Shown: one piece after another, positions 1 through 13,895 of the stretch
Layout of the letters: each line of letters begins with the position of its first letter
Position numbering within the stretch: the first letter of the stretch is position 1
Assembly (NCBI RefSeq): GCF_008831285.2
Contig: NC_045138.2
Coordinates: forward strand, 42,966,001 to 43,030,000
Source: Nymphaea colorata
Lineage: Eukaryota
DNA length: 64,000 nt
Reading direction: 5' to 3'
Notes under the pieces: model-generated
Database searches by the model: none
What the model saw: the letters and a program-made list of their open reading frames with translations, nothing else
What the model was told of the DNA's origin: nothing
Translations under genes and position numbers: made by a program

Positions 1-554
1 AATATTTGCTATGTATGGTCCTAATCATGAGTTAAGTAAGATTCTAACAACCATGCATCTTCACTTCTTTGAAATCAATATAAATGCCAACTCATTTTAT
101 ATCAAGTTTCAGAATTTTTTTTGGCATGGGGCTCAAAGTTTTAAAGCACCTTAATTCCTACAAAACACATTTGATATCAATTTAAATCAAATTTTGATGC
201 CCAATTTAGTGGTTTTAAAAATAGATGTATTAGGCAAAATTTGTAGGGTCATATCTCCACCTTATGCTTAAAGTTATTGTCCTTAGCAGTACCTCCATAT
301 CTCGGCATAACCACATATTATGCATGCTGAAAATACAAAAAAAAAGGAAAGAAAGGATAGAAACGACTTTTAATATGGATCTTAAAGTCTTTCACGAGCT
401 AATACTTTCTCCATCATCATGCTACAGCACATGCCATCCATTGCAGGTTACTCAATTAAATATCATTGAGTGGTCTTATTACTTGAACTATTATATACTG
501 CACAGACAAAAAAGATTACACACTCCAAAACTAAGAAGGCAATAAGCCTAACTT

Positions 555-848
555 AGAATTGAGTTACAATTGAAAGGAAATGATAGTACTGCTAGTAGTC
601 CATGTCAAAGAGATCAATCTCCTCATCTTCCGCAACTCTATATGGACCATTCCATCTCAATCTTAACTTGCCAAGGAAGAGTTGAAGCCTCGAATTGAAT
701 AGTCAAACCTTCTATTCAGGAACAACTATCCTCCTCAAGATATGTTGCAACATGCAATGTCTTCATCCACTCTTGTAGATCTTCACATTCTGGTAAGTCT
801 CATTTCACAACTCCTCTAGCTCACTCATATGTGTCTGCCTCATAGACC
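555..848 (-). mobile_element. Athila-like Ty3/Gypsy integrase C-terminal remnant
   Basis: The minus strand translates RQTHMSELEEL*NETYQNVKIYK ... LFNSRLQLFLGKLRLRWNGPY. This matches the Athila-type integrase C-terminus (LNELEELRNEAYENAKIYK / LFNSRLKLFPGKLKSRWSGP). Confidence 0.8.
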
Positions 849-1339
849 TAAAGCGGGTTATATACATAATGTTGGTGCAAGAAAAAGAAATGCATGCCGG
901 CTACCTATCTGCCATGTGCTGAATCGTGCTCTCCAATTTGGATAGATCGGGCAAAAGCTGAGTGACTTGAGTTGGTAGACAAGAGTGCCTATAAAAGAAA
1001 GACACAAATTATGGTGTCAATCAATATTATCAGGTTGTTATGGCCAGTATACTCCTTTAAAAGGCAAAGAAGCATCTTTGATTTTCAAACAGATGGAGTG
1101 AAAGCCATTGATCAGAGAACAGCGAGAGCAAACAAACAGAGACATCATTGTTTACAGAAGAGGGAGAGCTAGCAGATGGAGACATCATTGGTTGGAGAAG
1201 AGGGAGTGGAGATGGTAAAAGTTGTCAATCGAAGCGGAGCGAGCGGAGTTGTCAAAGAAGAGGGAGTGGATGCGGTATAGGTCATTTTTCAAAACAGAGC
1301 AAGTGGGGCCCACCAGCCGAAGAAAGCATCACTGGTGAT

Positions 1340-2330
1340 AGATTAAGGGAGTTTCATCCAAGTTGGTTTTGTAGTACGCATTATCAGAACAGTATGGTTG
1401 GCAGTTTCAACAAGACAAGTTTCCCGACCCTTTTGTTACCTTGGAACACAATATAGCAGGTGGTTTCAACAATCTAGGTTTTCCTACCCCGTTCATTATC
1501 TTAAAAGCTAGCATGCAATTTCAGCAAGGTTGGTTTCTCACCCCTTTTATTATCTTAGATGCTATAGCACGTGTTATCGAAGATAGTATAGTAGGCGGTC
1601 TCCTCAAGTTTGGTTTGCAACCCCTTTTGTTATTTAGACACTATAGCATGTGCTGTCAAAAACAACATGTCAGGCAGTCTCCACAATGTTGGTTTCTCAT
1701 CCTTTCATTATCTTAGATGCTATAGTACGTGTTATCAAAGATAGCATAGTAGGTTGGTTCTGCAAGGTTGGTTTCCTACCCCTTTCGTTATCTTAGACAA
1801 GCCATTATCGAAGACAGCATAACAGGTGGTTTTTTAAGGTTGGTTTCCTACCCCTTTCGTTATCTTAGATGCTATAGCACATGTTATCGAAGACAATATA
1901 GTAGGTGGTCATGTGTTATCAAAGACAGTAGAGTAGGCGGTCTCTACAAGGTTGGTTTCCTACCCTTTCATTATTTTAGACACTGCGGCACGTGTCATCA
2001 AACACAACATAGCAGGTAGTCTCCGCAAGGTTGGTCAGGCTCCTTTCATTATCTTAGATGCTATACCATACTTTATTAAAGACAGTCCTTCCAAGCGGTC
2101 TCACCGAGGTTGGTTTCCTGCACCTTCCGTTATCTTAGACACTATAGTAGCACGTGTTATCAAAGACAGTATAGCAGGTGGTTTTTTCAAGATTGGTTTT
2201 CTGCACTTTTCGTTTTCTTAGCCGTTATAGTAGCATGCATTACAAACACAGTATAGCAGGCAGTTTTGGCAAGGTTGGTTTCCCACCCCTTTCTTTACCT
2301 TAAACACTATAGCATGCATTGTCAAAGGCG
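1340..2330 (+). repeat. Tandem array, ~80-bp unit, ~12 degenerate copies
   Basis: AGGTTGGTTTCCTACCCCTTTCGTTATCTTAGATGCTATAGCACGTGTTATC recurs at about 1527, 1607, 1687, 1765, 1837, 1949, 2027, 2107, 2190 and 2272. Confidence 0.9.
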
Positions 2331-2467
2331 ATGAGATATTAAAACATGATTCTTTTGCTTTTTGTAGATCAACTGTCTGATTCATCAAGCCATATGGAAG
2401 AGTATTACACCAAGCATTTGTTGCTTGGTGTTAAGTTGAACGGTATGTTGGGCCAAATAGAGAGAGC

Positions 2468-2658
2468 CACAACAAGAAAATATATTTTTAGAAATGGCAA
2501 AAACCATCACTAAAAACATTGGAAACCGTTGCTAAAACTTTATAGCAACAGTTGACAACCACACCTACGAACCATAAAAACTATGCCTATTAGGCCTGTG
2601 CCTAAACACTTCTTGGCACAGTTTTTATACTTGTAGCAATGGTTTCTAACTATAGTGT

Positions 2659-2696
<38 letters not shown>

Positions 2697-5600
2697 CAAG
2701 ACATTATCTAGAGAGAGACTTCATTTATAAAAAAAAATTATTGTTACGTAATATAGACTTACATTACAAATTTCACAAATTATTGAAATTTAAATCTGAA
2801 CAATATACATAAACAACAACATTTTGATCCTTGCCACTATGAACAAGAAGGTAAACTAACGACATTCTGCATCTTCCCATCCTTTACACCATCAATTCCC
2901 CTCGTAGTTTCTATACAAGACATAAAAACATATAAAGAATCAACATTTCTGGATTTAGAAAACTAATGTATAGCTTGGAAACAAAATAACACCACATACA
3001 CTTTAACTGAAATTAAACTGAGATACCTCACTAATCATCAGTTAAAACTCCTTAGCTTAAATCAGTGAATAGCTTGCAAATTGTTAGTACTTAATGATGT
3101 TAAAGATAATGTACATAACTATATCAAAGACACAAAAAGAGAGTGAATAACATTTCTGCAACCTGCTTGGCAAGTCCCAACATAGTCTTTATATATTTTC
3201 TCCCAAAAAATAAAAACCTAGGCTTTATGTATGGTCAGTTAAAGAACATAACATACAATTATATATTGATATAGCGAATCAATGTAACTGATATTGGCCA
3301 AGAAGACTACAGCAGTTTCACATTTTAATTTTCCCTAAACATGAAAACTAAACCTGAAATCTCATTGACATAGAGAATCCATGATGAGTAGATGGACTGA
3401 CATGTTAAAAAAAGTTGGTTCTTGTTTTTCACTTGCCTGCCAAAAGGACTTCTTTGCTCGTTAATGATCTTTTAAATAATAGTGTTCCTGGAATTTGGTC
3501 AAACACCTGAAAGAACAAAAAGTATGATCTCATTTATTACTAAACAAAGCTTGATATGTGCAATGACAAAGGAAGAGTCAAAACTCACCAAGATGCAAAA
3601 GGAGCAGCCCTTCATTGAATGCCATGGATCATGAACTACATTGAGCCATCAAATCCGTGACCTACTGACAACCTACTAAAACCTTCAACTACAAACGTTT
3701 CTTAGAGATCTACCCTCATGCTTGACCTAGTATATCAAGGGAATGACAAAATCCATGAAATTTCGTTCTGCATGGATATCAATGAAAACATTCTAAAGAG
3801 CATGTTATTGAAGCAACACAAGAATGCCAAATTTTAAAAAAGATGAAAGCACACACAGACCTCATCTTCTGACATGACATTCAGAGGTCTGCTTCCACTG
3901 CAAATGCAATCAAATCATTATTATCACCTTGCCACTTGATAGGAATTAGGCACTGCAACACAATGGACTTACCTGACATAACAAGCAAGGAATCAACATA
4001 TATCTTCTGTAACAAGCACCCCTTAGCGAGATGCATCCAAAGGTAATTTGCATCAAGAAGGAAAAAAAATAGTAACTTATGACCCTTAACTATATTGAAC
4101 CCTCAAGTAGATTAGTCATACTCATATACAAAGTACTCTAGGCATGTGCAAAAGCACACTGTTTTTCTTTCATGTATTAGAGCACACTGAGGAATAATTT
4201 GGAACATCCTTGGCTATTAGCCTCATTCACATACACAAGCTAACATTTTCTAAAAAAGATGCAAATGTAGGGAAAAAATGACAAGCATAGCCGATTGAAG
4301 TCTGTCAAATCTGAATAACATGTATATGCTATTAGTTCCCAAAAATAATTCTGCGAGATTATGATTACCTCTGCTTATTTTGTTCTTTTTCTTATTCTTC
4401 TTCTTCTTCATCTAGATGGTACTCAAGCCTACATGGGAACAACTTCACTAATAAATTTACCTGGGGATTTTTTGGTAGAAATAAGGTAGGATCAGATGTA
4501 CCAATTGCCTACAAGTCCACCATAAGGTAATTTGAAAACAACTCTTCCTCAAATATGAATAAGCTCAACAATATACCAGCCAAAGGTACAAGAAGAATCT
4601 TTCCGAGCTTGACAACTAAATTTTAATTTGGGAAGGCCTTTTTAGTATTTAAGCTTATCAAATCAACAAATCTAAATGAATAACTATGTCCAGTATGTTT
4701 AAATCAAGCAGCAAGGAGGTACCAGAGAGAAATACGATCAGATGATGAAGATGATCTTATGACATAAGAAGTCCAATGTACAAGGAGAAGGAGAAAGGAT
4801 CAAAACCCATGTTCAACCTCATACATCTTTCGTTTGGAAAATTTTATACATATATAATTTGGAATATTTTTTATAGAGCTTCCATTTTTTTTCCTTCTAG
4901 TCACAACTTCCTTTCATCCATAGGAAGGAACATTTAATTTCCATAATAATTCTTCACACATTGGAGATGACTTGACATTGAGAGGTTCAAGTGTCATCCC
5001 AATTAATGAAAGAAATGAAGATGACTTGAAATGGATGTGTTGCACTATAGGAAGCAAATGAAAAAAAACATCATGAAATTTCTCAAAACCATCTAGTTCC
5101 TATAGCAGCGATAACAACATTGATCTTAATTAAAATAAGAATGTACTTGATTCAGCAAACAGATCCTCAATTCAGTAAAACCATGCACAAGGATGCCTAG
5201 TGCTTCTCATCGTCTATATTAATGCATTTCCTAAAAACCCCAAATCAGGATAACAAAGTCGAGAATCTTCAATAGAATTCCTAAAACCACAAAAGTAGGT
5301 AACAAAACTTAGCAACAACAAAGGAAAACAAAACACATCTCAACAAAATACCTCAGCTAACATATATGCCCAATTCATACAATCTAGCAAAAAACCATAA
5401 GAAGAAAATGCAGAACTCCTAAACATTCACCCAAAAATCAAAACAACGATATCATAAAGAGAGAGAGAGAGAGAGAGAGATGAAGTGGCATGGACTTACT
5501 ATCGGAGAAAGGGCTGTTGAAGAAATTTTTGTAAAAAGAGAGGGTTGAGACCCTCAGCGGTCACCTAGTGTGACAGAGATGGAGCGAGAGATAGAGGAGG

Positions 5601-6102
5601 CCTTAGTGCCCTCATTTCCAAAAGGTAAAGGGGCTTGCCAACAGGCTGAAGGGCTTCAAAGCCAAATTTTCCAACCAAATGGAGAAAGAAAGGATGATTG
5701 AGGGAAACAATAAAAAACCTTGGCCCAACTGAGTGCTTGTGAGAAATTGGATTTGGGTTTCCTTTGAACCCCTCATCCGACCACACCCGAGAGAGAGTTA
5801 CCGGTGGAGGAAAGTGGAGATTCCTAGAAAGGAAGGAAAATCAAGCTCAAACCCTAACTTTGATTCCATGCTCTCTCTCCCTCTCTCCATCCCCTATCGA
5901 GTGTCTTTGATTTCAAGTGCCTACAGTATGGGCTTTGATTGTTTATATTCATCAAGTCCATCGAGTGCTTATGGCCTTTGATTCAGTTACTCTTTTATAA
6001 TTACATGGGGAATGGGTCTAGCAAATCCAGCACCAGACCTGTTTCCATTGAGCTATAGGCACAATTTGTCAACTGTAGCGAGAGAACACATTTGCTATAG
6101 TG
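2468..6102. mobile_element. Non-autonomous CACTA element (Pack-CACTA-like)
   Basis: Left end CACAACAAGAAAA (degenerate CACTACAAGAAAA); right end ...TTTGCTATAGTG. The 3-bp flanks are AGC/AAC. AACCGTTGCTA/TAGCAAC- and TAGGCAC/GTGCCTA-type subterminal motifs occur near both ends. No transposase is visible. Confidence 0.65.
2838..4428 (-). pseudogene. Spliced multi-exon gene fragment of unknown identity inside the CACTA
   Basis: Phase-compatible exons at 4428-4369, 4006-3973, 3897-3861, 3661-3589, 3506-3437, 3353-3257, 3162-3027 and from ~2910. They are separated by GT-AG introns (one GC-AG), several of 75-94 nt. The spliced frame has many stops. Confidence 0.65.
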
Positions 6103-6764
6103 AACTTGGTAAGAGATGGATTGATATCACACAATCAGTCGGTAGAACTGACAAAGGGTTGGGTAGTTGAATCTACCGTTGCAACAGAAATGGAGAAGGA
6201 GAATAATGGAGAAAATCAAAATGTGAAGAAGTCATAAATCAGTCGACAAGAACAACATGGAGAAGGAGGCGAGATGTGAAATCATAGGTAAAAATTTATT
6301 GTTTGAAGAGTTGGAAGGAGTGGAAATGGAATGCAAGGAGGAGCAATAGTAGATGATGAGAACAAAGGGTTGGCGGAGGGAGCAGAGGAAGAGAATATGC
6401 AACTGACAGTGGAAGGGGTGGAGAATATTCTCCTTTTTCTTAAGCAAGTGTCTATGACGAGAGTAAATAGATGTAGAAAAAGTTACAAGAGAGCAACAGG
6501 ATAGAGATGTCCAGAAGAAAGGTGCACTGAAAAGAAGAGGTGCCAAGTAAAGGAAAGCAATGCAGCCCAATATTGAAGTGGGAAAGGAAGGTTGGAAGAA
6601 AGGTTGGAAGAAAGGTTGGAAGAAAACGGGGCAAATATATGATGTCAATGTAAGTAATCTATGGTGTTACTCTTGTTGTCCAATAATTGATGTTTATTCA
6701 ATAACATGTAATTAAAATTTTTGTATTCAAAAATGTCACTGAAAATGATATGGTGTTATAGAAA

Positions 6765-8060
6765 TGCAAGCGATGCAATGGTGGTCTCTTGAACTTCTAG
6801 AAGGAGAGGCTAGAGAAAGTCAAATTCAAGGTGCTGTTGGCCCACAACTCCTTAGATATCCAATGGAGGCCCTTGTACACCCTCACACAGAAGTGGGATC
6901 CTTGAATAAACACGTTCATGTTCGATGGATTCAAGTTGATGATTACCCATGAAAAAGTCGCACGATTGTTTGATATGAAAATTCACGAAAAACCTATGTT
7001 GGGGACATCTAAATGCATCTTGAGAGAGAAGAGCAGCAACCTTCTAGGCTGATGGAGTTTGAGTTCAAGAATGTTGTTAGCTTCAAGGGAAAGTCGACTT
7101 CGATCTGGGTGGCAACATTGCTGAATAAATGACAGCATGTACAACATGACGCACCATCACATGAAGCAGACCAAGCATTGAGGTCCTTTATTTGTTATTT
7201 ATTTGTGACAATTCATGCTCAAGGATAAGTTGGCACTATGTCCAATTCTTGGAAGAATTGGACCAGGTACAAAGCTACTCATGAGGGGCAGCTTTGTTTG
7301 AACATTTATATAAATAGCTAGACCGATTAAAGAGCTGGGTCGCATTCGTAGGAGGGTTTCGGTTGTTGATATAGGTATAGGTAGTGTTTTCATCATATTA
7401 TTTGTTGCAAAAAGACTATCACACATCATGTAATATTGTAATATTTTTACTTACTCTTTAGTTTTGGATGTAGGAGCACGTACCTTTTCTTAGACCAATT
7501 GTCAATCATCGACCTTTAGAGGCACGACAGTACATGCACAATGGACAGCTATCAGTGCCAAAGATTACCATGATCAAAATGCATCCAAGTCAATATTATT
7601 GAATGTTCAGATGGATAGAGTATGTTATGTTTAGCAAATAGTTTTTAATAATTTGCTCGATAAGGATTGTGAAATACTTACAAACTGTGTATTATTCCAT
7701 TTATGTGTAGGCACGGTTTAGAGCATACTACTCCCTTCACAGAAAAGAGACATAGTGGAATATAAAAAAAAAAATGCATGAATTGTCATGCATAGGTGTT
7801 TGGTTGTTCTACATGAATAAGGTAGAAATGTAGCATGACAGCCAAGTCCTCATGCAGCTTGGTTTGGGCCAATTGATTCCCCAGCCACCCAACCCTACAC
7901 GAGAGTAACAAAAGAGCTTTGTATACTAGGGTTGACTGAAAATCAATGTTTAACAAAGAACCCCATAACTGGTCTTACAACATTGAGATGACTATTGCGT
8001 ACAACGATGATGGATTTGCAATGGGATGCCATGAACAGTATTGGAATGTAATGTATCCTG
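6765..8060 (+). pseudogene. Aminotransferase-like plant mobile domain (PMD, MAIN/MAIL-like) pseudogene
   Basis: LYTLTQKWDP*INTFMFDGFKLMITHEKVARLFDMKIHEKPMLG resembles [59 protein letters not shown] resembles YSWGSAVLA.LYR.L. QLGLGQLIP occurs near 7855. A probable 5' exon (acceptor ~2368, ATG ~2394) is split off by the CACTA. Confidence 0.8.
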
Positions 8061-8499
8061 TCAGTGATCAAAGTGCTTTGATCAAGTGATCCCTGCCTTG
8101 ATCACCATCTGCAACAACAAGAACTTCCCTGCCATGACCACCATCCACAGCAATAGAAACTTCCCCACCTTAATCACCATCTGCACATGCAGAAGTTTGC
8201 CCACCTCTATCATAAACCACAGATCCACTGCTTGTTCATCACCATCACCATCATGAACACCAATTTTGGCGAAGGAGCTTGGCCAGAGGGAGATCCCTAG
8301 CAAGAAATCCCTTGAGCATCTTGGCAAGGAGATCTGTAGCAAGTGAGCCCATGAGCGTGCAGAGCCTACAGCTCAAGATCCACTACTTGAGAAGGAAGAC
8401 AAATTATTAGTAGCAATGGATACTCTAATTATGCATATTTTCGTGTTAACTAGCGAAATCCACACATTCAATCAAAATATGTCAAAATTGAAATGCCAA

Positions 8500-9600
8500 A
8501 AATAGGATGACTATGAATAATTGTCTATTATTGATAATGATAGTCTTTGGTGGTGTGAGATAATGATTGTGCTCGTGGTATGACAAATATGACTATCGGT
8601 TGGTGCGAGATAATAATTGTATGTTGATGATATCAGATAATGACTATTAAAAAATTGTGTCAGGTAACGAGTGTCTGTTAATGGTGTGAGATAGTGATTG
8701 TCTGCAAATGGTAAAGATTGTCTGTTAATGATATGAGATAATGAATGTATGTTAATGGTGTGAGATAAGGATGAACTATTAATAGTGTAAGATAATGATT
8801 GTCTATTAGTAATGTGAGATAAGGATAGTATGTTAATGGTGGAAAATATGGATCATCTGTTAATGGTGTAAGATAACGGTTGTCTGTTAGTGGCGTGAGA
8901 TAGGGACCGTCTATTAATGGTGTGAGTTTAGGATCGCTTGTTAATAGTGTAAGATAATAATTGTCTATTCGTGGTGTAAAATAAGGACCTTCTATTAGTG
9001 GTGTGAAATAAGGACTGTATGTTAATAGTGTGAGATGAAAACCATCTATTAATGGTATAAGATAATGTATGATCATTTGTTAATGGTGTGAGATAAAGGC
9101 ATTTGTTAATGGTGTAAAATAATGATTGTGTATTAGTAATGTGAGATAACAATTATCTGTTAGTGATGCAAGATAAGGACCATCTATTAATGATGTGAGA
9201 TAAGGATGTTATTAGTGTAAGATAATGACTGTATGTTAGTGGTGTGAGATAAGGATTGTCTATTAATAGTGTGAGATAAGAACTATCTTTTAAAGGTGTA
9301 ATATAATGATTGTCTATTGGTGGTGTGAGATAAATATTGTCTATTAATGTTGTGAGATAAGGACCATCTATTGATGGTGGAATATAATGGTTATTTGTTG
9401 TGGTGTGAGATAAGGACTATCTGTTAATAGCGTAAAATAATGACTACCTGTTAATCAAAGTCATTCGTATGTTGAATAGTGTATATTTGTTGTGTGCATA
9501 GGATTATGGTGTGAGATAACGACCATCTATTAATGGCATGAAAGAAGGAATGTCTGTTAATGGTGTGAGATAAGGACTATCAGATGGTGTGAGATAACGA
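8500..9600 (+). repeat. Tandem array, 27-bp unit (~TATTAATGGTGTGAGATAAGGACCATC), ~35 copies
   Basis: GATAA recurs every 27 nt (8764, 8791, 8818...). The antisense ORF shows a 9-aa period (YLTPLTDxx). Confidence 0.92.
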
Positions 9601-9854
9601 TTAACAGTTGCCATATAACTTTCAAAGACTATAGAAGAGTGTAACAAAATCTTTGTTAGTCGCAAAATACATTGTTTATGTCGTTGCTTTTTATTTTTTT
9701 CTTCTTCATGTGCTTTCATTTTACTGTCCTTATGTAACGTAGTTCAGCAAGTCATCACATATATGTTTTTTGAGATGTGGTAAATCATTCGGTGAAGAAA
9801 ACAATGTCTTGTTTGTGAACGAGAGAACAACATCCTGAATGAAATTTGTGATGT

Positions 9855-12800
9855 TTATTCACTACCTACACCATCAAAAGTTGATTCCTTTCCATTGTTG
9901 ATTTTGTACGTGTACTTGATGATTGGATATGCTGCAATCATATGCATTGTTCTTGTGGGGAGCTTCCCTCCTATGGATAAAATTCCATTGAACCATGTTG
10001 ATCTGCACTTTGAAAATTCTTTCACAAACATAAAATCAAGATGTACTATTTTATGCATTTTTAATGAACTGTAGTATAAGTAAGCATTGTAATGTTTGTC
10101 GAGCACGTAGACTATCCAAGGATGGAACCCTTCCCACAACATAAGAATCATGACTTGCAATAAAGAATGTTAGACATGAGTAGAGAGTAAACAAATTAGG
10201 ATACATTTGTTGGTAATCAGTTGAATATAGACTACTTTAGATGAGCTAAACATATTGGGGTAAACATACACCTTTTTAGCATGCATGAAACCATAACCGA
10301 ATGGCAGTTAGCGGACTAAGCTCTATATAGCATGACACAAGATCATGAATAATGTATCAATAAGACGTAAACAATAGATGTATTGCAGAATATAAAAAAC
10401 CATGACAGTTGGATTGAGAATGCGGTGCTTTTGATTCGTTATGGTTTGTCTCATTAACTCTATTGCATTGTGCAAAACCTGTTAAGAGAAAACAAACGAT
10501 GTAAATGATCCACATCATATTTCCTTATGGTATGATGCTATAGAATACTTATGATGTTACTTACCCATTTGTTTGGCTGTGTTCATCGACAATCCACCAT
10601 ATTTCATCACTGATCATCTTTTGTTTCACCATCTTCATCACTCTAACCTTCTCAAATGCATAGTTACCACAAAAGTTCTAAGTTGTTCTTGCATAAGTTT
10701 TTTTTGTTGCAGTTATCGATGATGATACTTGACAAAACCCATTTGTGTTTCAATGGTACACTTAGATCATTTAATGCAGCTAGAGTAATCAACAACTTTA
10801 TCTAATGCAGTTGAACAAGTGTGAGAGAACTCATGTGTGTTGCAGTGAACTCTATCAATTCCGTTGTAGCAGTACACACATGAGAGTACAACAAATGTTC
10901 TTAGCTGTTCTTACAGAAGGTTTTTTTTTTGTAGTTATTTATAACTTTATTTGACATAATACCAAGTCATTGGTTCGTAATTAAAACAATAACATGTACG
11001 AAAATGAATGTATGTAAATAATACCTACATATAAGACTGAGACAATGATCGATGATAAATAACATCAAAAGTACAATTACATACATAATGTCAAGTTGTA
11101 GGTTTCATAATTAAATCAATCAAATCAATCTTCATTAACGTGTGAGATAACAAATGTGTGAAAATAATATCTACATATAAGACTTATACGAATGATGATA
11201 AATAACATCAACATAACAATTACATATATAATACCAAGTTATAGGTTTGTGCGATAATGAATGTTTGTAAATAATATCCACATACAAAACTTTAACAATG
11301 ATCCATGATAAATAAGATCAACAGAATAATTGCATACAGAATACAAGTTATATGTTCGTAATTTAATCAATCGGATCAATTTTAGTTATTGTATAGGATA
11401 ACAAATGTGTGTAAATAATAATCACATATGAGACTTAAACAATGTTCGATGATAAATAGCATCAATAGAATAATTACGTACATCATACTAAATTATAAGT
11501 TCATAATTAAATCAATGAATTCAATCTTCATTAATGTGTGAGATAACAAATGTGTGTCCATAATATCCACATATAAGATTAGATGATCATAGATCATAAA
11601 TAATATCAACATGAAAATTACATAAATAATACCAAGTTATAGGTTTGTAATTGAATTAATCAAATTAATCTTCATTAAATTGGAGGATAACAAATGTATG
11701 TGAATAATATTTGCATATAAAAATTAGATGATGAATCATAATAAATAACATCAATAGAACAATTATATACATAATGTCAAGTTATATATTCATAATAAAA
11801 TCAATCGAATAAATCTTCAATAATGTATGGGATAACAAATATGTGTAAATAATATCTACATATAAGACTTAGACAATTATATATGACAAAAAGCATCAAC
11901 ATAACAATCACATACATGATACCAAGTTAGAGGTTCACAATTAAATCAAGCAAATCAATCTTCATTAATGTGTTAGATAATGAATGTTGTAAAAAATATC
12001 TACATATAAGATTTAGATGATGATTGATGATTGATGATAAATAACATCAACATAACAATATACACAATATCAAGTTATAGGTTTATAGCTAAATAAATTA
12101 AATCAAACTTCATTAACATATGAAATGATGACTGTGTGTAAATAATATCCACATATAATGGTAAATAATGATCAATGATAAATAACATTAACAGAATGAT
12201 TAAATACATAATACAAAGTTATATGTTCATAATTAAATCAATTGAACCAATATTTGTTAATGTGTGGGATAATGAATGTGTGTAAATAATGTCTATGTAT
12301 AAGACTTAGACGATGATCAATGATACATAACATCAACAGAACAATTACATATATAGTACCAATATCAACATATAAAGCTTAGACTATGTTCGATAATAAA
12401 TAACATCAATAGAACAAATATATAGTACCATGTTATAGGTTCATAATTTAATCAGTTGAATCAAACTTCACTAACGTGTTGAAGCTGGTTAATAAAACTT
12501 TGTCGGTAATTGATGATAAATAACATCTAACATCAACATAGCAATTACTCACATAAGTTTTGTAATTGCACCAACTGAATCAATCTTCACTAAAGTGTGG
12601 GATAACGAATGTATATAAATAATATCCACATATAAGACTTAGATGATGATTTACAATAAGTAACATCAACATCACAATTACATACATAATATCAAGTTAT
12701 AAGTTCATTTGAGTTTTGTTTAATATCCAGATAATTCACTCCATTTGAATTTCAAAAGTTTACCTTATAAAGGACAGAATACCAAGAAGGTTGTTTTCTC

Positions 12801-13400
12801 TTAAAACATGTGATGATACCAAAAAGGTAGTTTCGCCCTCTCTTATTAGGGTAAAAAATTGACCGACTTAGGAAAGAACAACCAACTCTGATAAGAAGCC
12901 CATCGGCAAAAATAAACTTCGAAAGAGATAATCGATGGATGGGGAGAAGAAGATTGACAACTATGGCATGGTGGCCCAACAAGAAAGGCATGTGTCACCA
13001 AAAATCTCATCAACGACTTAGGCATGGTGCCTGTCGGCCTAATGAGGATTACACATTCCATAAAAATTCTCACCAGCAACTTCAGCAAACTATTTGTATA
13101 TCCAACAAGGATGACATGTTTCACCAAAATCTTGGTGGTCAAATTCAGACCAGAAACTCCAACCGGTCTGAAGAAAGATAATGTGGTTTACTCATCCATT
13201 CCACACATTTTGATTTATCTGCTTTATATAACGTTATTGTGAGCAGTAGTTCTAAAAATGGTGACTGAAACAAGATGCAAAGTTGGACAATGTAAGGACA
13301 ATCGACTTGATGCTTATATCAATGATTTTCGACCAAGTTAGCAAATCAGCAATACTGGTTTGGATTATTTTGCTGAACTTTTAGAATGCAGATGTGCGAA
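9855..13400 (-). pseudogene. Ulp1-like (peptidase C48) SUMO protease pseudogene with a degenerate N-terminal exon
   Basis: The motifs occur in order on the minus strand: QPNKWVSNI|VLHNAIELMR...ILNPT (cf. P..WL.DEVI), HPWIVYVLDKHYNAYLYYSSL (cf. HW.L.V.D....YYDSL) and PxKNNAYDCSI (cf. PQQ.NGxDCG). An upstream exon at ~12762-13400 ends in an AAG|GTAAAC donor; its assignment to this gene is tentative. Confidence 0.65.
10950..12710 (+). repeat. Tandem array, ~144-bp AT-rich unit, ~12 copies
   Basis: ATAATATCTACATATAAGACTT recurs at about 11019, 11164, 11271 (shortened unit), 11416, 11560, 11704, 11849, 11995, 12142 and 12286. Most units contain a GTGTG(A/G)GATAA-like motif. Confidence 0.92.
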
Positions 13401-13639
13401 CAACAACCTTGGAAGATTTCCTTTAATGTCACGGTTCATGATAGACATTATTTATCTTTTTTGTTCTATTATATTATTTGAAACATAAAAAATATTATTC
13501 ACAAAGGCGAATAATAATAGGAAATTGTTTGTCATCCTATGAAATGTTGTGCTTGACTACATTAAGTACTTTTAGGACTTCGAGGCATGATGGTTGATGA
13601 ATTTGAAATGTATTTTACTTTATCTATTTTACCCTTACT

Positions 13640-13895
13640 CGGTTGCTCTATTAACAGACATTCATTATCTCAAACCATTAATAGATAGCCATTATCTTTC
13701 ACCATTAATGGATGATTCTTATCTCACATCTTTAATAGACACTTGTTATCTCACACCACTAGTAGAAAGTCTTTATCTCTCCCCATTAAATGACAATTCT
13801 TATCTCATTTGATTAACAAACTGCCATTATAACACACACCGTAAAAAGACAGTTGCTATGTCGTACTATTAATTGATGGTCCATATCTCATACAA
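13640..13895 (-). repeat. Inverted copy of the 27-bp array (~9 units)
   Basis: TTATCTCACACCA(T/C)TA units are the reverse complement of the 8500-9600 array. Confidence 0.85.

Noticed and set aside
2838..4428. Stops in the captured gene read as C-to-T decay or RNA-editing signatures
   Set aside because: Every stop codon begins with T and can be 'reverted' to CAA/CAG/CGA, so this is not evidence. Only the splice chain supports the gene.
8678..9152. ORFs with a YLTPLTD repeat as a repetitive protein
   Set aside because: They are a by-product of the 27-bp minisatellite.
8500..12710. Regularly spaced repeats resembling a CRISPR array
   Set aside because: The units are contiguous degenerate tandem repeats without unique spacers, there are no cas genes, and the context is eukaryotic.
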